From: an uncultured bacterium
GTDB taxonomy: Bacteria; Acidobacteriota; HRBIN11; JAKEFK01
DNA length: 64,000 nucleotides
Reading direction: 5' to 3'
Assembly: GCA_963777505.1 (NCBI GenBank)
Contig: CAVZQN010000008.1
Span: 256,001 to 320,000 of the forward strand
A program made the translations under genes and the position numbers. The first letter of the stretch is position 1; the number at the start of each line of letters is the position of its first letter. The notes beneath the pieces were generated by a model. It saw only the letters and a program-made list of their open reading frames with translations, ran no database searches and was not told the origin of the DNA. Below are positions 19,787 to 29,712 of the stretch, in pieces.

Positions 19787-19868
19787 AAATCCATTCTCCA
19801 TCATGGGGCGAGGCCAACCTTGCCCCGCTGGAATGGATGTCTCAGTGACTCTGCGGTAAAAACAAACA

Positions 19869-20897
19869 ATGGACATTCCAAAACTATCTCAGGAATTCCA
19901 ACAACGCCTTGCTTCTATAAATACTCAGACAGAACTCGATGAAGTTCGCAATGATTATTTAGGAAGAAAGCGCGGCCATATCACAGCTCTGTTAAAAGAG
20001 CTTCCATCTTTAACAACAGATCAAAAAGCTACCGCAGGAAAAGAGATCAACGAATTCAAAAAATTTGTTGAAGAATCCATTGAATTGAAAGCTGCACAGC
20101 TGACACAGCCTCAAGCTGAATCGAAATTTGATTTTAGTTTGCCAGGACGTGATGTCCAGATAGGAGCGATTCACCCTCTTACAAAGACGCGACAGATGAT
20201 TGAAGAGATTTTCAGAGAGATGGGATATGCGATTGCCGAAGGTCCAGAAATCGATACTGATTTCAACAACTTTGCAGCACTGAATTTCCCTCCGGATCAT
20301 CCGGCTCGTGACATGCAGGACACTCTTTTCGTTGAGACTCCGCCAAACAGCGAACCATTGTTGCTTCGAACTCATACTTCTCCGGTACAAATCCGTACAA
20401 TGCTTCAAACTCAGCCACCAGTGCGGATCTTATGTCCCGGCCGTGTTTATAGAAAAGATGAAATGGATGCCACACATTCCCCTATTTTTCATCAGATGGA
20501 AGGGCTTGCCGTTGACGATCGAATTACGTTCGCGGATCTGAAAGGCACATTGCACCATTTTGCAAAACGTCTTTTTGATCAAGATGTCAAAGTCCAATTT
20601 CGACCCAGCTTTTTCCCATTCACCGAACCGAGTGCAGAAATGGATTGCTCTTGCGTGAATTGCAAAGGAAAGGGATGCAACGTATGTAAGCAAACCGGTT
20701 GGTTGGAAATTCTTGGTTCTGGAATGGTTCACCCGAATGTATTGGAAGCTGTTGGGTATGATTCTGAAAAATATTCAGGCTTTGCGTTTGGAATGGGCAT
20801 CGATCGCATAGCGATCTTGTTTTATGGAATCCCAGATATTCGGCTGCTTTACAATAACGACCTGCGATTTCTTTCACAGTTCAGAGTCATTGCATGA
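19869..20897 (+). CDS. pheS: Phenylalanine--tRNA ligase alpha subunit
   Basis: HPARDMQDT, LRTHTSPVQ, FPFTEPS, GFAFGMG. Confidence 0.98.
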   Translation: MDIPKLSQEFQQRLASINTQTELDEVRNDYLGRKRGHITALLKELPSLTTDQKATAGKEINEFKKFVEESIELKAAQLTQPQAESKFDFSLPGRDVQIGAIHPLTKTRQMIEEIFREMGYAIAEGPEIDTDFNNFAALNFPPDHPARDMQDTLFVETPPNSEPLLLRTHTSPVQIRTMLQTQPPVRILCPGRVYRKDEMDATHSPIFHQMEGLAVDDRITFADLKGTLHHFAKRLFDQDVKVQFRPSFFPFTEPSAEMDCSCVNCKGKGCNVCKQTGWLEILGSGMVHPNVLEAVGYDSEKYSGFAFGMGIDRIAILFYGIPDIRLLYNNDLRFLSQFRVIA

Positions 20898-22828
20898 AGA
20901 TCAGCTACAACTGGATCAAAGAAATTGCCGGCGTAGATGTGAGTCCTGATGTTTTCATCAACAAGCTTACAAATATCGGGCTTAAACTCGAGGATCGAGA
21001 AAATATCGGCAACGATGTTTCTCTAGATCTTGAAATAACTGTAAACAGGCCCGACTGTTTAAGCCACGTTGGAGTTGCACGAGAAGTTGCTGCAGCCTTC
21101 GATCTTCCGGCGATTAAACAGCCGGAGATTCATTCTTCCAAAACAATACATTCATCCGGCACTCAAGGCAGTTATGAAAACAAACTCAAGATCATTTTAG
21201 ATGATTCTGAATTATGCCCGCGTTATTGCGGACAACTTTTAACGAACGTAAAAATTGCACCTTCGCCTGATTGGCTGAAAGAACGTCTTGAAGCTTGCGG
21301 CATACGAAGCATCAATAACGCGGCTGATGTAACAAATTATGTGATGCTTGAACTTGGACAGCCCTTACATGCTTTTGATTTTGACAAACTTGCGAGCGGC
21401 ACAATTCGGGTCCGCCGTGCAAGAAATGAAAAGCTTGTAATGATCGATGGTAAGGAGAGGCTATTAACCGAATCAATGCTTGCCATTGCAGATACAGAAA
21501 AAGCACAAGCAGTTGGCGGAGTTATGGGCGGTCTTGAATCAGAAGTCTCTGAACAAACGAAAAACATTCTGCTTGAAGCTGCATATTTTCTACCTTCGTC
21601 GGTTAGAAAAACTCGCCGCGCTCTCGATCTTTCAACAGACGCTTCCTTCCGTTTTGAACGCGGTGTCGATCCAAACTTACAAGATATTGCAATTAAGCGG
21701 GCTGCGTACCTGCTTGAAAAAATTGCAGGCGCAACAGTTCATCCAGTATTAGATGTAAACGTATTGAATGTCCCAAAAAAGCGAATGACGCTGAGGCCTG
21801 AACGCATCACACGGATTTTAGGTGAAGCAATCGATCCAAAGTTCGTTCAACATATTTTGACCTCCTTAGGATTTATCCCAGGGCCTGACAATAAATGGGA
21901 AGTTCCATCCTTTCGTGTCGATGTGAATCGCGAAATTGACCTGATCGAAGAAGTCGCACGGCATTTTGGCTACAACAACTTTCCCAGCACTTTGCCTTCT
22001 GCTGGAAAAAAATATCAAGATGATTATCCGACGTACAGGTTGGAACAAGCATTTTCGCGCTTTCTTCAGGCTGCAGGAATTAATGAGGGAAATTCATATT
22101 CTTTTGTAAATCCATTATCTCGATTCATGGATAATTCAAAACGGATCCGCATCCTGAACCCGATTTCTGAAACAGCTCAGGAATTGAGATCCAGCTTGAT
22201 TCCAGGTTTACTTGACGCAGTTGATTTGAACTTACGCCATCGAAGCCGGGAAATCCGGCTGTATGAAATTGGCCGTACGTTTCATGTTGATGGTGAAAAG
22301 ACCAGGCTCGGAATTGTAATGATTGGTGAATATCAGGATTTGAAAGGGATTTTGGAAAGCGCTCTGCCAGCATTAGAGTATCCTCGTCCGGCAATTCAGA
22401 ATGGCCAGATCCAGGTCAATAACGTTAATCTCGGAAGCATCACTCAACATGAAATTGAAGGATACACAGTACAGGCCGCCGAATTGTCGTTATCTGATTT
22501 AATCAAGATTCCAAAAATCAAAAAGAAATATCAGCCGATCATTGCATATCCTGATATAGAAAGGGATGTGACCTTCATTATTGATGAGACAGTTTCTTAC
22601 TCAGCGATGCAGAATACAATTGAACGGCTTCAGATTCCGGATCTCCGTTCCTATAAACTGATTGACCGTTACAAAGGTAAAAACACTCCTGCTGGAAAGA
22701 TAAGCTTAACTTTCCGTTTTGTGTTTCAGTCCGAAAACCGGACTCTTCTGTCAGAGGAAGTAGATGCTCTTTATGTTAAAATAGTTTCCGAATTTGCGAA
22801 GGATTTTAGCGCGGAACTCAGAAAATAA
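20894..22828 (+). CDS. pheT: Phenylalanine--tRNA ligase beta subunit (short form, no B2 OB-fold)
   Basis: NRPDCLS, B3/4 domain, RFERGVD, DLIEEVAR, C-terminal FDX-ACB. Confidence 0.96.
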   Translation: MKISYNWIKEIAGVDVSPDVFINKLTNIGLKLEDRENIGNDVSLDLEITVNRPDCLSHVGVAREVAAAFDLPAIKQPEIHSSKTIHSSGTQGSYENKLKIILDDSELCPRYCGQLLTNVKIAPSPDWLKERLEACGIRSINNAADVTNYVMLELGQPLHAFDFDKLASGTIRVRRARNEKLVMIDGKERLLTESMLAIADTEKAQAVGGVMGGLESEVSEQTKNILLEAAYFLPSSVRKTRRALDLSTDASFRFERGVDPNLQDIAIKRAAYLLEKIAGATVHPVLDVNVLNVPKKRMTLRPERITRILGEAIDPKFVQHILTSLGFIPGPDNKWEVPSFRVDVNREIDLIEEVARHFGYNNFPSTLPSAGKKYQDDYPTYRLEQAFSRFLQAAGINEGNSYSFVNPLSRFMDNSKRIRILNPISETAQELRSSLIPGLLDAVDLNLRHRSREIRLYEIGRTFHVDGEKTRLGIVMIGEYQDLKGILESALPALEYPRPAIQNGQIQVNNVNLGSITQHEIEGYTVQAAELSLSDLIKIPKIKKKYQPIIAYPDIERDVTFIIDETVSYSAMQNTIERLQIPDLRSYKLIDRYKGKNTPAGKISLTFRFVFQSENRTLLSEEVDALYVKIVSEFAKDFSAELRK

Positions 22829-22856
22829 TTTGGCCCTTTACCCAACAAGAGGAAGC

Positions 22857-23139
22857 ATGGATTTTCAACAACTGGAAGCTACTCGAAGACAAAATCAAAA
22901 AGCTAATCTCTTCTGTGAAAGTTCTTCAAAGTGAAAATGAAACTTTGAATAAACGAAATGATGAACATGAAAAAACCATACGCCAGTTGAAACAAGATCT
23001 TGATAAATGGTCGAAATCAGCTGAAGCACAGGATTCGCTTCAAGACCAGATCAAATCACTTCAACACGAGCGTGATGAAGTTCGTGGAAAGATTGAACGT
23101 TTAATCTCCAACCTTGAAGATATCGAAACGAAGCTATAA
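22857..23139 (+). CDS. zapB: ZapB-like coiled-coil cell division protein; 1-nt frameshift near 22875
   Basis: ATG 22857 with RBS gives MDFQQL; removing one base continues LLEDKIKKLISSVKVLQSEN..RDEVRGKIERLI; pheT-zapB-zapA synteny. Confidence 0.75.
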
Positions 23140-23177
23140 CCGCAGAGCCACAGAGTCAGCTTAGCGTCTTTGTGGTT
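23138..23177. repeat. Inverted pair of the dispersed 18-bp element (AACCRCARAGNCACAGAG)
   Basis: aaccgcagagccacagag / cttagcgtctttgtggtt; left arm overlaps the zapB stop. Confidence 0.8.
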
Positions 23178-23295
23178 CAAAACCTCTCTTGTGACTAAGG
23201 CCCCCGGAACGTGGCGTAGTTTTCCCCGAAATAGCGCCTGTATAAAAGACGCCGGATAAAACCGGCGAACAACAGCATTAGATCGGAGGTCGATC

Positions 23296-24009
23296 ATGAG
23301 AATCCTATTCAATTTATCAGTAGCACCCATTTTGGCGAGTGAACTTGTAGCGTCGCCGCAAAGCGCTCCAAAAACTCAGGATAATCCAAGCAACAATTCC
23401 ATCATTAAAGACATTTTCTGGCATCCAAATGGCATCGGACAAAGATCGAGCATTGGAAACCGGATGTTCACGCCCGAGCAGATCCAGAATATGACTCCAG
23501 AACAACTCGAAGATTGGCAAAAGCAGCAAAAGAGAGCCAATGCAGGTATGGAGGCAATGAAGGAAACAGCGAATTCAGTTGGGAATCTCTTACCAACCAG
23601 CGAAGTTGTCACAATCATTCCTCAGATCGTGATCTCCGAAGGAGTAGAAAGAATCGTTGATGCCAATACGAAAGCTCCTGCTCAACCACCGGCACAGGGT
23701 AAGAAGGAAGCTGAGTCTAAAACACCTTCAACAGAATCTGGAAGCGTGGGGGATACTGTTCCTAGAACGCAACCGAATCCGCCTCAGCAGGACAAGAGCG
23801 GATTAAAGTTGAATCCAGATTATAGGGGCAACTTCGATGATCATGGTCCAACCGAAAAACCAAGATTCTGGCCAGAAGGTCCAGTTCAGAAGCCATCAAC
23901 TCCCAAGGATCCAAAGAAGAAAGTTTCCATAAAAATAACGTTATCACCTGATAAAAACCTTCAGCAACAGCAGATTCAATTGAAAGCACGAGGTCTTGTA
24001 TCAAAATGA
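23296..24009 (+). CDS. Hypothetical low-complexity (P/Q/S/K-rich) protein inserted between zapB and zapA
   Basis: 237-aa ORF with GGAGGT RBS; no recognisable domain. Confidence 0.7.
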   Translation: MRILFNLSVAPILASELVASPQSAPKTQDNPSNNSIIKDIFWHPNGIGQRSSIGNRMFTPEQIQNMTPEQLEDWQKQQKRANAGMEAMKETANSVGNLLPTSEVVTIIPQIVISEGVERIVDANTKAPAQPPAQGKKEAESKTPSTESGSVGDTVPRTQPNPPQQDKSGLKLNPDYRGNFDDHGPTEKPRFWPEGPVQKPSTPKDPKKKVSIKITLSPDKNLQQQQIQLKARGLVSK

Positions 24010-24082
24010 GAAAACGACTCTGCGCCTTCGTGGTAAAAGTTTAACTTTGACGCAGGGTGAAAAGTGATAAAATTAACTTGAG

Positions 24083-24364
24083 ATGGAAACAAATACAAAG
24101 GTTCAGGTTGAAATTTACGGCCAGCCCTATTTCATTAAAGCTGGGGCTGATCCTGATTACATAAAGAATGTCGCTCAGTATGTTGATTTGAAAATGCGCG
24201 AAATCGCCTCTTCCCTCACAACTGTGGATTCTTTAAAGATTGCTGTTTTAGCCGCACTTAATATTACAGATGAGTTTTTACAACTCAAAAAGCAAAACCA
24301 GGATGTGGACCGGGAATTTGAGCGACGCACGGAAGAAATGAAACGAATTTTGGATTCGATATAG
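24083..24364 (+). CDS. zapA: Cell division protein ZapA
   Basis: VEIYGQPY, YVDLKMREI, IAVLAALNITDE. Confidence 0.95.
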   Translation: METNTKVQVEIYGQPYFIKAGADPDYIKNVAQYVDLKMREIASSLTTVDSLKIAVLAALNITDEFLQLKKQNQDVDREFERRTEEMKRILDSI

Positions 24365-24418
24365 GCCCGGAATAGGCGAATGCCTATCCGGTTTGGAAAA
24401 AAAAGTTATGTTCCCAAA

Positions 24419-24599
24419 GAGCTCCCCTGCTAAGTTCGTGTTGGTAACGGGATTCTTGAACCAACATATCAAGAATCGGGAGCCTGTGTCAGATTACGGT
24501 GAGCATGCCTCTGCGTTGAGGAAGCCTGAAGTAATCGCTGGGCACCCACCTGACTTGTTCAGGTTCAATAACCTGCCGCACGGCAGTGCGGGGGAGCTT
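24419..24599 (+). ncRNA. ssrS: 6S RNA
   Basis: About 180 nt with complementary ends GAGCTCCCCTGC/GCGGGGGAGCT, internal TTGAACC..GGTTCAA pairing, canonical position after zapA. Confidence 0.85.
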
Positions 24600-24706
24600 A
24601 TATTCCAGCCTCGATCTACCCACCACAGCCTTTGACAACGGGGCAGTAACATGGGACCGAGGATTCTCTCGGCTCGTGCCTCCTCAACCGAAAAAGGAGG
24701 TGACGA

Positions 24707-26269
24707 GTGGCATATGCGATTCACGCCGCCATTCTAATCACTACAGGGTCCGTTTTACTTCTAGTCTGGTTCCTGATTAGAAAAAAAACGATTCATGGAA
24801 TGATTTCTCAGGCTGAACTTCATGCGAAACAATTGGCCGAAGATTCAGCAAGATATGCTGAAACAATTCAACGCGAAGCAAACCTGGAGGCAAAAGATAA
24901 ATTTTATTCGCTAAAAAATGATCTTGAGAAACAGTTTCAGAGTAAGAAACAAGAATTACAAACACTGGAACGCCGTCTTCATCAGAAGGAAGAAAATTTA
25001 GAAAGAAAGGTTCTTTTCATGGAAACAAAAGAACGGGACCTGACAACGAAAGAACACAATCTAGAAACGCGCGAGAAAGAATTGCACGATGCGCATAAGC
25101 GGATTGATCATGTGATTGTTGAACACAAGCGAAGTATGGAACGAATTGCAGGTCTGTCAACAGAAGATGCACGGCGCATGCTTCTAAAGAGTATTGAAGG
25201 AGAAGCGAGACAAGAAGCCGCCACATTAGTCCGCAAATTAGAAGAAGAAGCAAAAGAGCGAAGCAAGGAATTTGCGCGTGACGTCATCGTACAGGCGATT
25301 CAAAGAACTGCTGCAGAAAATGTAATTGAGACTTGCGTATCGGTTGTTCCTTTGCCAAGTGATGATTTGAAGGGACGCATCATTGGAAGAGAAGGACGGA
25401 ATATTCGTGCGCTTGAAATGGCTACAGGGGTCGATTTAATCGTAGATGATACTCCTGAAGCAATTCTTTTATCTGCTTTTGATGGATTTCGCCGCGAAGT
25501 TGCAAAAGTCTCAATACAAAGATTAATTTCAGATGGACGCATCCATCCGGCGCGCATTGAAGAAGTTGTTGATAAAACCCGTCAGGATCTTGAATTACAA
25601 GTTTTGCGCGATGGTCAAGACGCAGCAACCGAATTGGAAATTCATGATATTCATCCGGAGATTTTGAAACTTCTTGGACGTTTGAGATATCGCACAAGCT
25701 ATGGACAAAATTGTTTAAATCATTCCAAAGAAGTCGCATTGTTGTGCGCCTTGATGGCTTCTGAAATCGGCGCAAAACAGGAAGTCGCCAAACGCGCAGG
25801 CCTTTTGCATGACATCGGGAAAGCTGTCGATAAAGAAGCTGGAGGCACCCATCTTGAATGGAGCATTGAATATGCCAAACGCTACAATGAAACTCCCGAA
25901 GTTGTGCACGCAATCGCCTGCCATCATATGGATATCCCGTTTGAAACACCTGAAGCATTCCTTGTCCAGGCAGGCGACACGATTTCTGCAGCAAGGCCAG
26001 GTGCTCGACGAGAAATATTAGAAAGTTATATACAACGACTGGAAAAACTCGAAAAAATTGCCGACTCTTTTCAAGGAGTCCAAAAAGCATATGCTTTGCA
26101 GGCCGGCCGTGAAATTCGCATTCTTGTAGATTCAGCACGAATCGGAGATCGCGAAGCGATCTGGCTTTCAAAAGATATAGCAAAAAAAATCGAATCTGAA
26201 TTGCAATATCCCGGTCAAATCAAAGTGACTGTAATCCGTGAAATGCGCGCGGTCGACTACGCTAAATGA
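24707..26269 (+). CDS. rny: Ribonuclease Y
   Basis: N-terminal TM, coiled coil, KH (KGRIIGREGRNIR), HD (LLHDIGK). Confidence 0.97.
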   Translation: MAYAIHAAILITTGSVLLLVWFLIRKKTIHGMISQAELHAKQLAEDSARYAETIQREANLEAKDKFYSLKNDLEKQFQSKKQELQTLERRLHQKEENLERKVLFMETKERDLTTKEHNLETREKELHDAHKRIDHVIVEHKRSMERIAGLSTEDARRMLLKSIEGEARQEAATLVRKLEEEAKERSKEFARDVIVQAIQRTAAENVIETCVSVVPLPSDDLKGRIIGREGRNIRALEMATGVDLIVDDTPEAILLSAFDGFRREVAKVSIQRLISDGRIHPARIEEVVDKTRQDLELQVLRDGQDAATELEIHDIHPEILKLLGRLRYRTSYGQNCLNHSKEVALLCALMASEIGAKQEVAKRAGLLHDIGKAVDKEAGGTHLEWSIEYAKRYNETPEVVHAIACHHMDIPFETPEAFLVQAGDTISAARPGARREILESYIQRLEKLEKIADSFQGVQKAYALQAGREIRILVDSARIGDREAIWLSKDIAKKIESELQYPGQIKVTVIREMRAVDYAK

Positions 26270-26312
26270 GATCTTTGTGCCTTTGCGGTGAAAAAAACAA
26301 AAGGAGCAATTT

Positions 26313-27101
26313 TTGAACGTATTGATGATTGGAGACATTGTCTCCAAGCCTGGAAGAAAAGTTATAGAAATGAATCTTCCATCTTTAATAGAAAAATATG
26401 ATTTAGATTTCGTGGTCGCGAATGCGGAAAATGTCGCACATGGCTTTGGTGTGACGCCCGATACAGCGGACGAATTGTTACGAATGGGGATTGATGTTCT
26501 TACTTCCGGAAATCATATCTGGGACAAAAAAGAGATTATCGAATATATGAAAGGAGATAGCCGCCTTCTCAGGCCTGCGAATTATTCCAAATCCGTTCCT
26601 GGAAAAGGACATATCATTGCTTTAAGTCGAAGAGGTTTGAAAGTCGGAGTGATCAATCTTCAGGGTAGAGTTTTTATGGGACCTTCCGAAGATCCATTCG
26701 CAATCGGACTGGAACTTGTAAATCAACTCCGCAGAGAAACTCCCATCATACTTGTTGATATGCATGGAGAAGCATCTTCTGAAAAGCAAGCCATGGGATG
26801 GTTTCTTGATGGCAAAGTGTCCGCAGTTTGCGGAAGTCATACGCACGTCCCTACTGCCGATCAAAGGGTTCTCCCTGGTGGAACGGCATATGTAACTGAT
26901 GTCGGGATGACAGGACCCTATGATTCGGTCATTGGAGTCGACAAAGAACAAATCATTCAGAAATTTTTAGATCAAATGCCAACCCGCTTTGAACCCGCAA
27001 AAGAGAACCCAATTTTGCAATCAATGTTGATTCAAATCGATGAACAAAATGGGATGTCACAAACGATACAACGGGTCACTGTACACGGAGAAGAAGATTA
27101 A
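26313..27101 (+). CDS. ymdB: YmdB-like metallophosphoesterase (TIGR00282)
   Basis: GDIV, NAEN, TSGNH, DMHGEASSEK, GSHTHV; follows rny. Confidence 0.93.
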   Translation: MNVLMIGDIVSKPGRKVIEMNLPSLIEKYDLDFVVANAENVAHGFGVTPDTADELLRMGIDVLTSGNHIWDKKEIIEYMKGDSRLLRPANYSKSVPGKGHIIALSRRGLKVGVINLQGRVFMGPSEDPFAIGLELVNQLRRETPIILVDMHGEASSEKQAMGWFLDGKVSAVCGSHTHVPTADQRVLPGGTAYVTDVGMTGPYDSVIGVDKEQIIQKFLDQMPTRFEPAKENPILQSMLIQIDEQNGMSQTIQRVTVHGEED

Positions 27102-28537
27102 TGCAGCAACGTTCTCTATTTGGTGGACCAGGCCGCACGCCTTCTAAACCAAAAGAAAATACCCAACCAACACTTGATGCTGCACCAACAACAAGCGCAT
27201 ATCCAGACAAAAAAGTCTATACGGTTTCAGAACTGAATACAGAATTGCGTTTCCTGGTTGAAAGTACTTTTCCAATGATATGGGTTGAAGGTGAGATCTC
27301 GAACTTCAAACCGGCCAGTTCAGGACATTGGTATTTTTCTTTAAAAGATAATTCATCACAGCTCCGTGTTGTCATGTGGGCATCTTCGCATCGTTTTATG
27401 AAATGGAAACCAAAAGATGGAATGAAGGTTTTGGTACACGGACGGCTCACTGTTTTTGAACCTCGCGGAGAATATCAAATTGATATCGTTCAGATTGTGC
27501 CACATGGCAAAGGGGATCTTTTTGCAGCGTTCGAACAATTGAAGGAAAAGTTGCAGAAGGAAGGCCTGTTTGATCCGAAAAGAAAACGGCCCATTCCCAT
27601 GCTTCCTAAGAAAATCGGTATCGTTACTTCGCGACAAGGCGCTGTGATCCGCGATATTTTGAACGTATTGAATCGCAGATATGCAAATTTGCATGTGCTT
27701 TTATATCCTGCAAAAGTTCAAGGTGAAGAGGCAGCTCCGATGATTGTTGAAGGCATCCGGGCTTTGAATGGATTTCGCGATATCGATGTGTTGATTGTTG
27801 CAAGAGGAGGCGGTTCGCTGGAAGACTTATGGCCGTTTAATGAAGAAATTGTTGCTCGCGCGATCGTTGCCTCAAAGATCCCTGTCATTTCTGCAGTCGG
27901 TCATGAAACCGATACCACGATTTCGGATTTTGTTGCGGATTTACGCGCTCCAACACCGTCTGCTGCTGCAGAACTTGTAGTGTCAAAGAAAGAAGAACTG
28001 GCAGAACGACTCATGAATTGCTCCAAACATATTTTGAGCAGCGCACAGCATAGGATTTTGTCGATGAAGCATCGGACACAAACTTTGGCTCAACACCGCG
28101 CACTTGCAGGTTTGCCGCACAGAGTCCATACATTTCAACAGCGCGTTGATGATTTTGATCATCGTGTTCGAACAGGCTTAACTCGATATAACCAAATTGT
28201 TACACGGCGTTACCTGATGGCTGGACAAAAACTTAGTGCCAGCCAGTTACGACATTTGATTGAAGTAAAACGTTCAAAGCTCAATAAAATGTTAGGCGAT
28301 ATGAAAAATGTTTTTGAAAAAAGAAATAATTTGCGAAAGAATGTTTTATCGCGAGGCGCTGGAAAACTCGATTCACTCAGTCCGCTTGCTGTTCTGGAGC
28401 GAGGTTATAGCATTGCATGTTTGGAAGAGGGTGAAATCTTAAAATACAGTTCCCAAACCGCACCTGGAGAAAATATCCGTATCCGGCTGCATCGCGGCCG
28501 TTTGAAATGCCAGGTCACGGAGGTTGAAAATGAATGA
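27101..28537 (+). CDS. xseA: Exodeoxyribonuclease VII large subunit
   Basis: WVEGEISN, SGHWYFSLKD, RGGGSLEDLWPFN, GHETD, LSPLAVLERGYS. Confidence 0.97.
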   Translation: MQQRSLFGGPGRTPSKPKENTQPTLDAAPTTSAYPDKKVYTVSELNTELRFLVESTFPMIWVEGEISNFKPASSGHWYFSLKDNSSQLRVVMWASSHRFMKWKPKDGMKVLVHGRLTVFEPRGEYQIDIVQIVPHGKGDLFAAFEQLKEKLQKEGLFDPKRKRPIPMLPKKIGIVTSRQGAVIRDILNVLNRRYANLHVLLYPAKVQGEEAAPMIVEGIRALNGFRDIDVLIVARGGGSLEDLWPFNEEIVARAIVASKIPVISAVGHETDTTISDFVADLRAPTPSAAAELVVSKKEELAERLMNCSKHILSSAQHRILSMKHRTQTLAQHRALAGLPHRVHTFQQRVDDFDHRVRTGLTRYNQIVTRRYLMAGQKLSASQLRHLIEVKRSKLNKMLGDMKNVFEKRNNLRKNVLSRGAGKLDSLSPLAVLERGYSIACLEEGEILKYSSQTAPGENIRIRLHRGRLKCQVTEVENE

Positions 28538-28778
28538 AAAACAAGAACAGGATCCCGTTTCATTTGAAGCAGCGTTAAAAGAGTTGGAAGGAATTGTAAA
28601 ACAATTGGAAACAGGAGAAGCAAAATTGGAGGAATCCCTGCAGTTATTTGAGCGAGGGATCCGTCTTTCGCGCTTTTGTTCTCAAAAGTTAGAAGAAGCA
28701 GAAAAGAAAATTGAAATGCTTGTGAAGGATTCGCGCGGCGAATATACAGCTGTTCCCTTTGAACCTGAGGACCGATGA
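28524..28778 (+). CDS. xseB: Exodeoxyribonuclease VII small subunit
   Basis: SFEAALKELEGIVKQLE, LEESLQLFERG. Confidence 0.96.
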   Translation: MKMNEKQEQDPVSFEAALKELEGIVKQLETGEAKLEESLQLFERGIRLSRFCSQKLEEAEKKIEMLVKDSRGEYTAVPFEPEDR

Positions 28779-28830
28779 TCCACAATCCCGCATCCCGCAT
28801 CTCGCATCCCGTAACCCGCATCGCGCATCG
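28779..28830 (+). repeat. Degenerate heptamer tandem array (TCCCGCA x7)
   Basis: tccacaa tcccgca tcccgca tctcgca tcccgta acccgca tcgcgca fills the xseB-ispA spacer. Confidence 0.85.
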
Positions 28831-28835
28831 CTAAC

Positions 28836-29708
28836 ATGCTTCCGCCGCGGTTCGCAGAATTTCAGGAAATGATCAATGTGGAACTCGACCGCAGAGTTCC
28901 ATCTGAAAACAGTCCGCCAGATCCGATCCATCGTTCAATTCGATACAGCCTCCTTGCGGGAGGAAAAAGGCTTCGTCCGATTTTATGTTTGGCTAGCGCC
29001 GAATCTCTTGGAGGCAAACCAGAAATATTTTTACCGGCAGCAGTAGCAGTCGAAATGGTTCATACATATTCGCTTGTGCATGATGATTTACCTTGCATGG
29101 ATGATGACGATTTCCGCCGCGGAAAGCCAACCAACCACAAAGTTTTTGGTGAAGCGATTGCTGTCCTTACAGGTGACGCCCTTCTAACGATGTCAATGGA
29201 AGTACTCGCAGGCTCAGAGTACGAAGGTTCGGTGCGAAGCCGGCTGATCCAGTCGCTTGCTGAAGCAGCAGGAACGAATGGAATGATTGGTGGACAGGTC
29301 ATTGACATGTTGAATTCGTCGGGAAATTTAACGGAGAAAGAATTAAGAAATCTACATTTGATGAAAACTGCCGCACTCATTCGATTTGCTACGACCGCGG
29401 CCCCAATCATTTTGCAATCTCCAGAAGAAGTTCACGATGCTTTTGCCTCATACGGAACATTCATCGGTCTGGCTTTTCAAATTCGCGACGATATTCTTGA
29501 CATAGAAGGAACTACTGAAATACTTGGCAAAACGGCAGGCAAAGACCGCAAACATGATAAAGTCACCTATCCGTCGCTCATTGGAATAGAAAATAGTCAC
29601 ACGCTCGCTCAAAATCTCGTTGATAGCGCGTGTGCCGCAATTTCAAAACATGATCCACATCACTACTTACAGTCTCTCGCCCGCCACATCCTGGAAAGAG
29701 AAAAATAA
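28836..29708 (+). CDS. ispA: Farnesyl/geranylgeranyl diphosphate synthase
   Basis: GGKRLRP, HDDLPCMDDDDFRRG, FQIRDDILD. Confidence 0.95.
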   Translation: MLPPRFAEFQEMINVELDRRVPSENSPPDPIHRSIRYSLLAGGKRLRPILCLASAESLGGKPEIFLPAAVAVEMVHTYSLVHDDLPCMDDDDFRRGKPTNHKVFGEAIAVLTGDALLTMSMEVLAGSEYEGSVRSRLIQSLAEAAGTNGMIGGQVIDMLNSSGNLTEKELRNLHLMKTAALIRFATTAAPIILQSPEEVHDAFASYGTFIGLAFQIRDDILDIEGTTEILGKTAGKDRKHDKVTYPSLIGIENSHTLAQNLVDSACAAISKHDPHHYLQSLARHILEREK

Positions 29709-29712
29709 TTGA

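Noticed and set aside
19787-19868. pheS attenuator/leader peptide
   Set aside because: A hairpin is present but there is no Phe-rich leader ORF and no T-tract
23205-23275. sigma54 or sigma28 promoter for the orphan ORF at 23296
   Set aside because: TGGCG is not followed by GC at the required spacing, and the sigma28 -10 match is poor
24393-24780. Short ORFs 24393-24635, 24494-24724 and 24586-24780
   Set aside because: They overlap the 6S RNA and the rny start, and show no protein-like features
25422-26183. 253-aa antisense ORF inside rny, and the many other short overlapping ORFs in the track
   Set aside because: Antisense or off-frame to well-conserved genes, with no motifs or RBS
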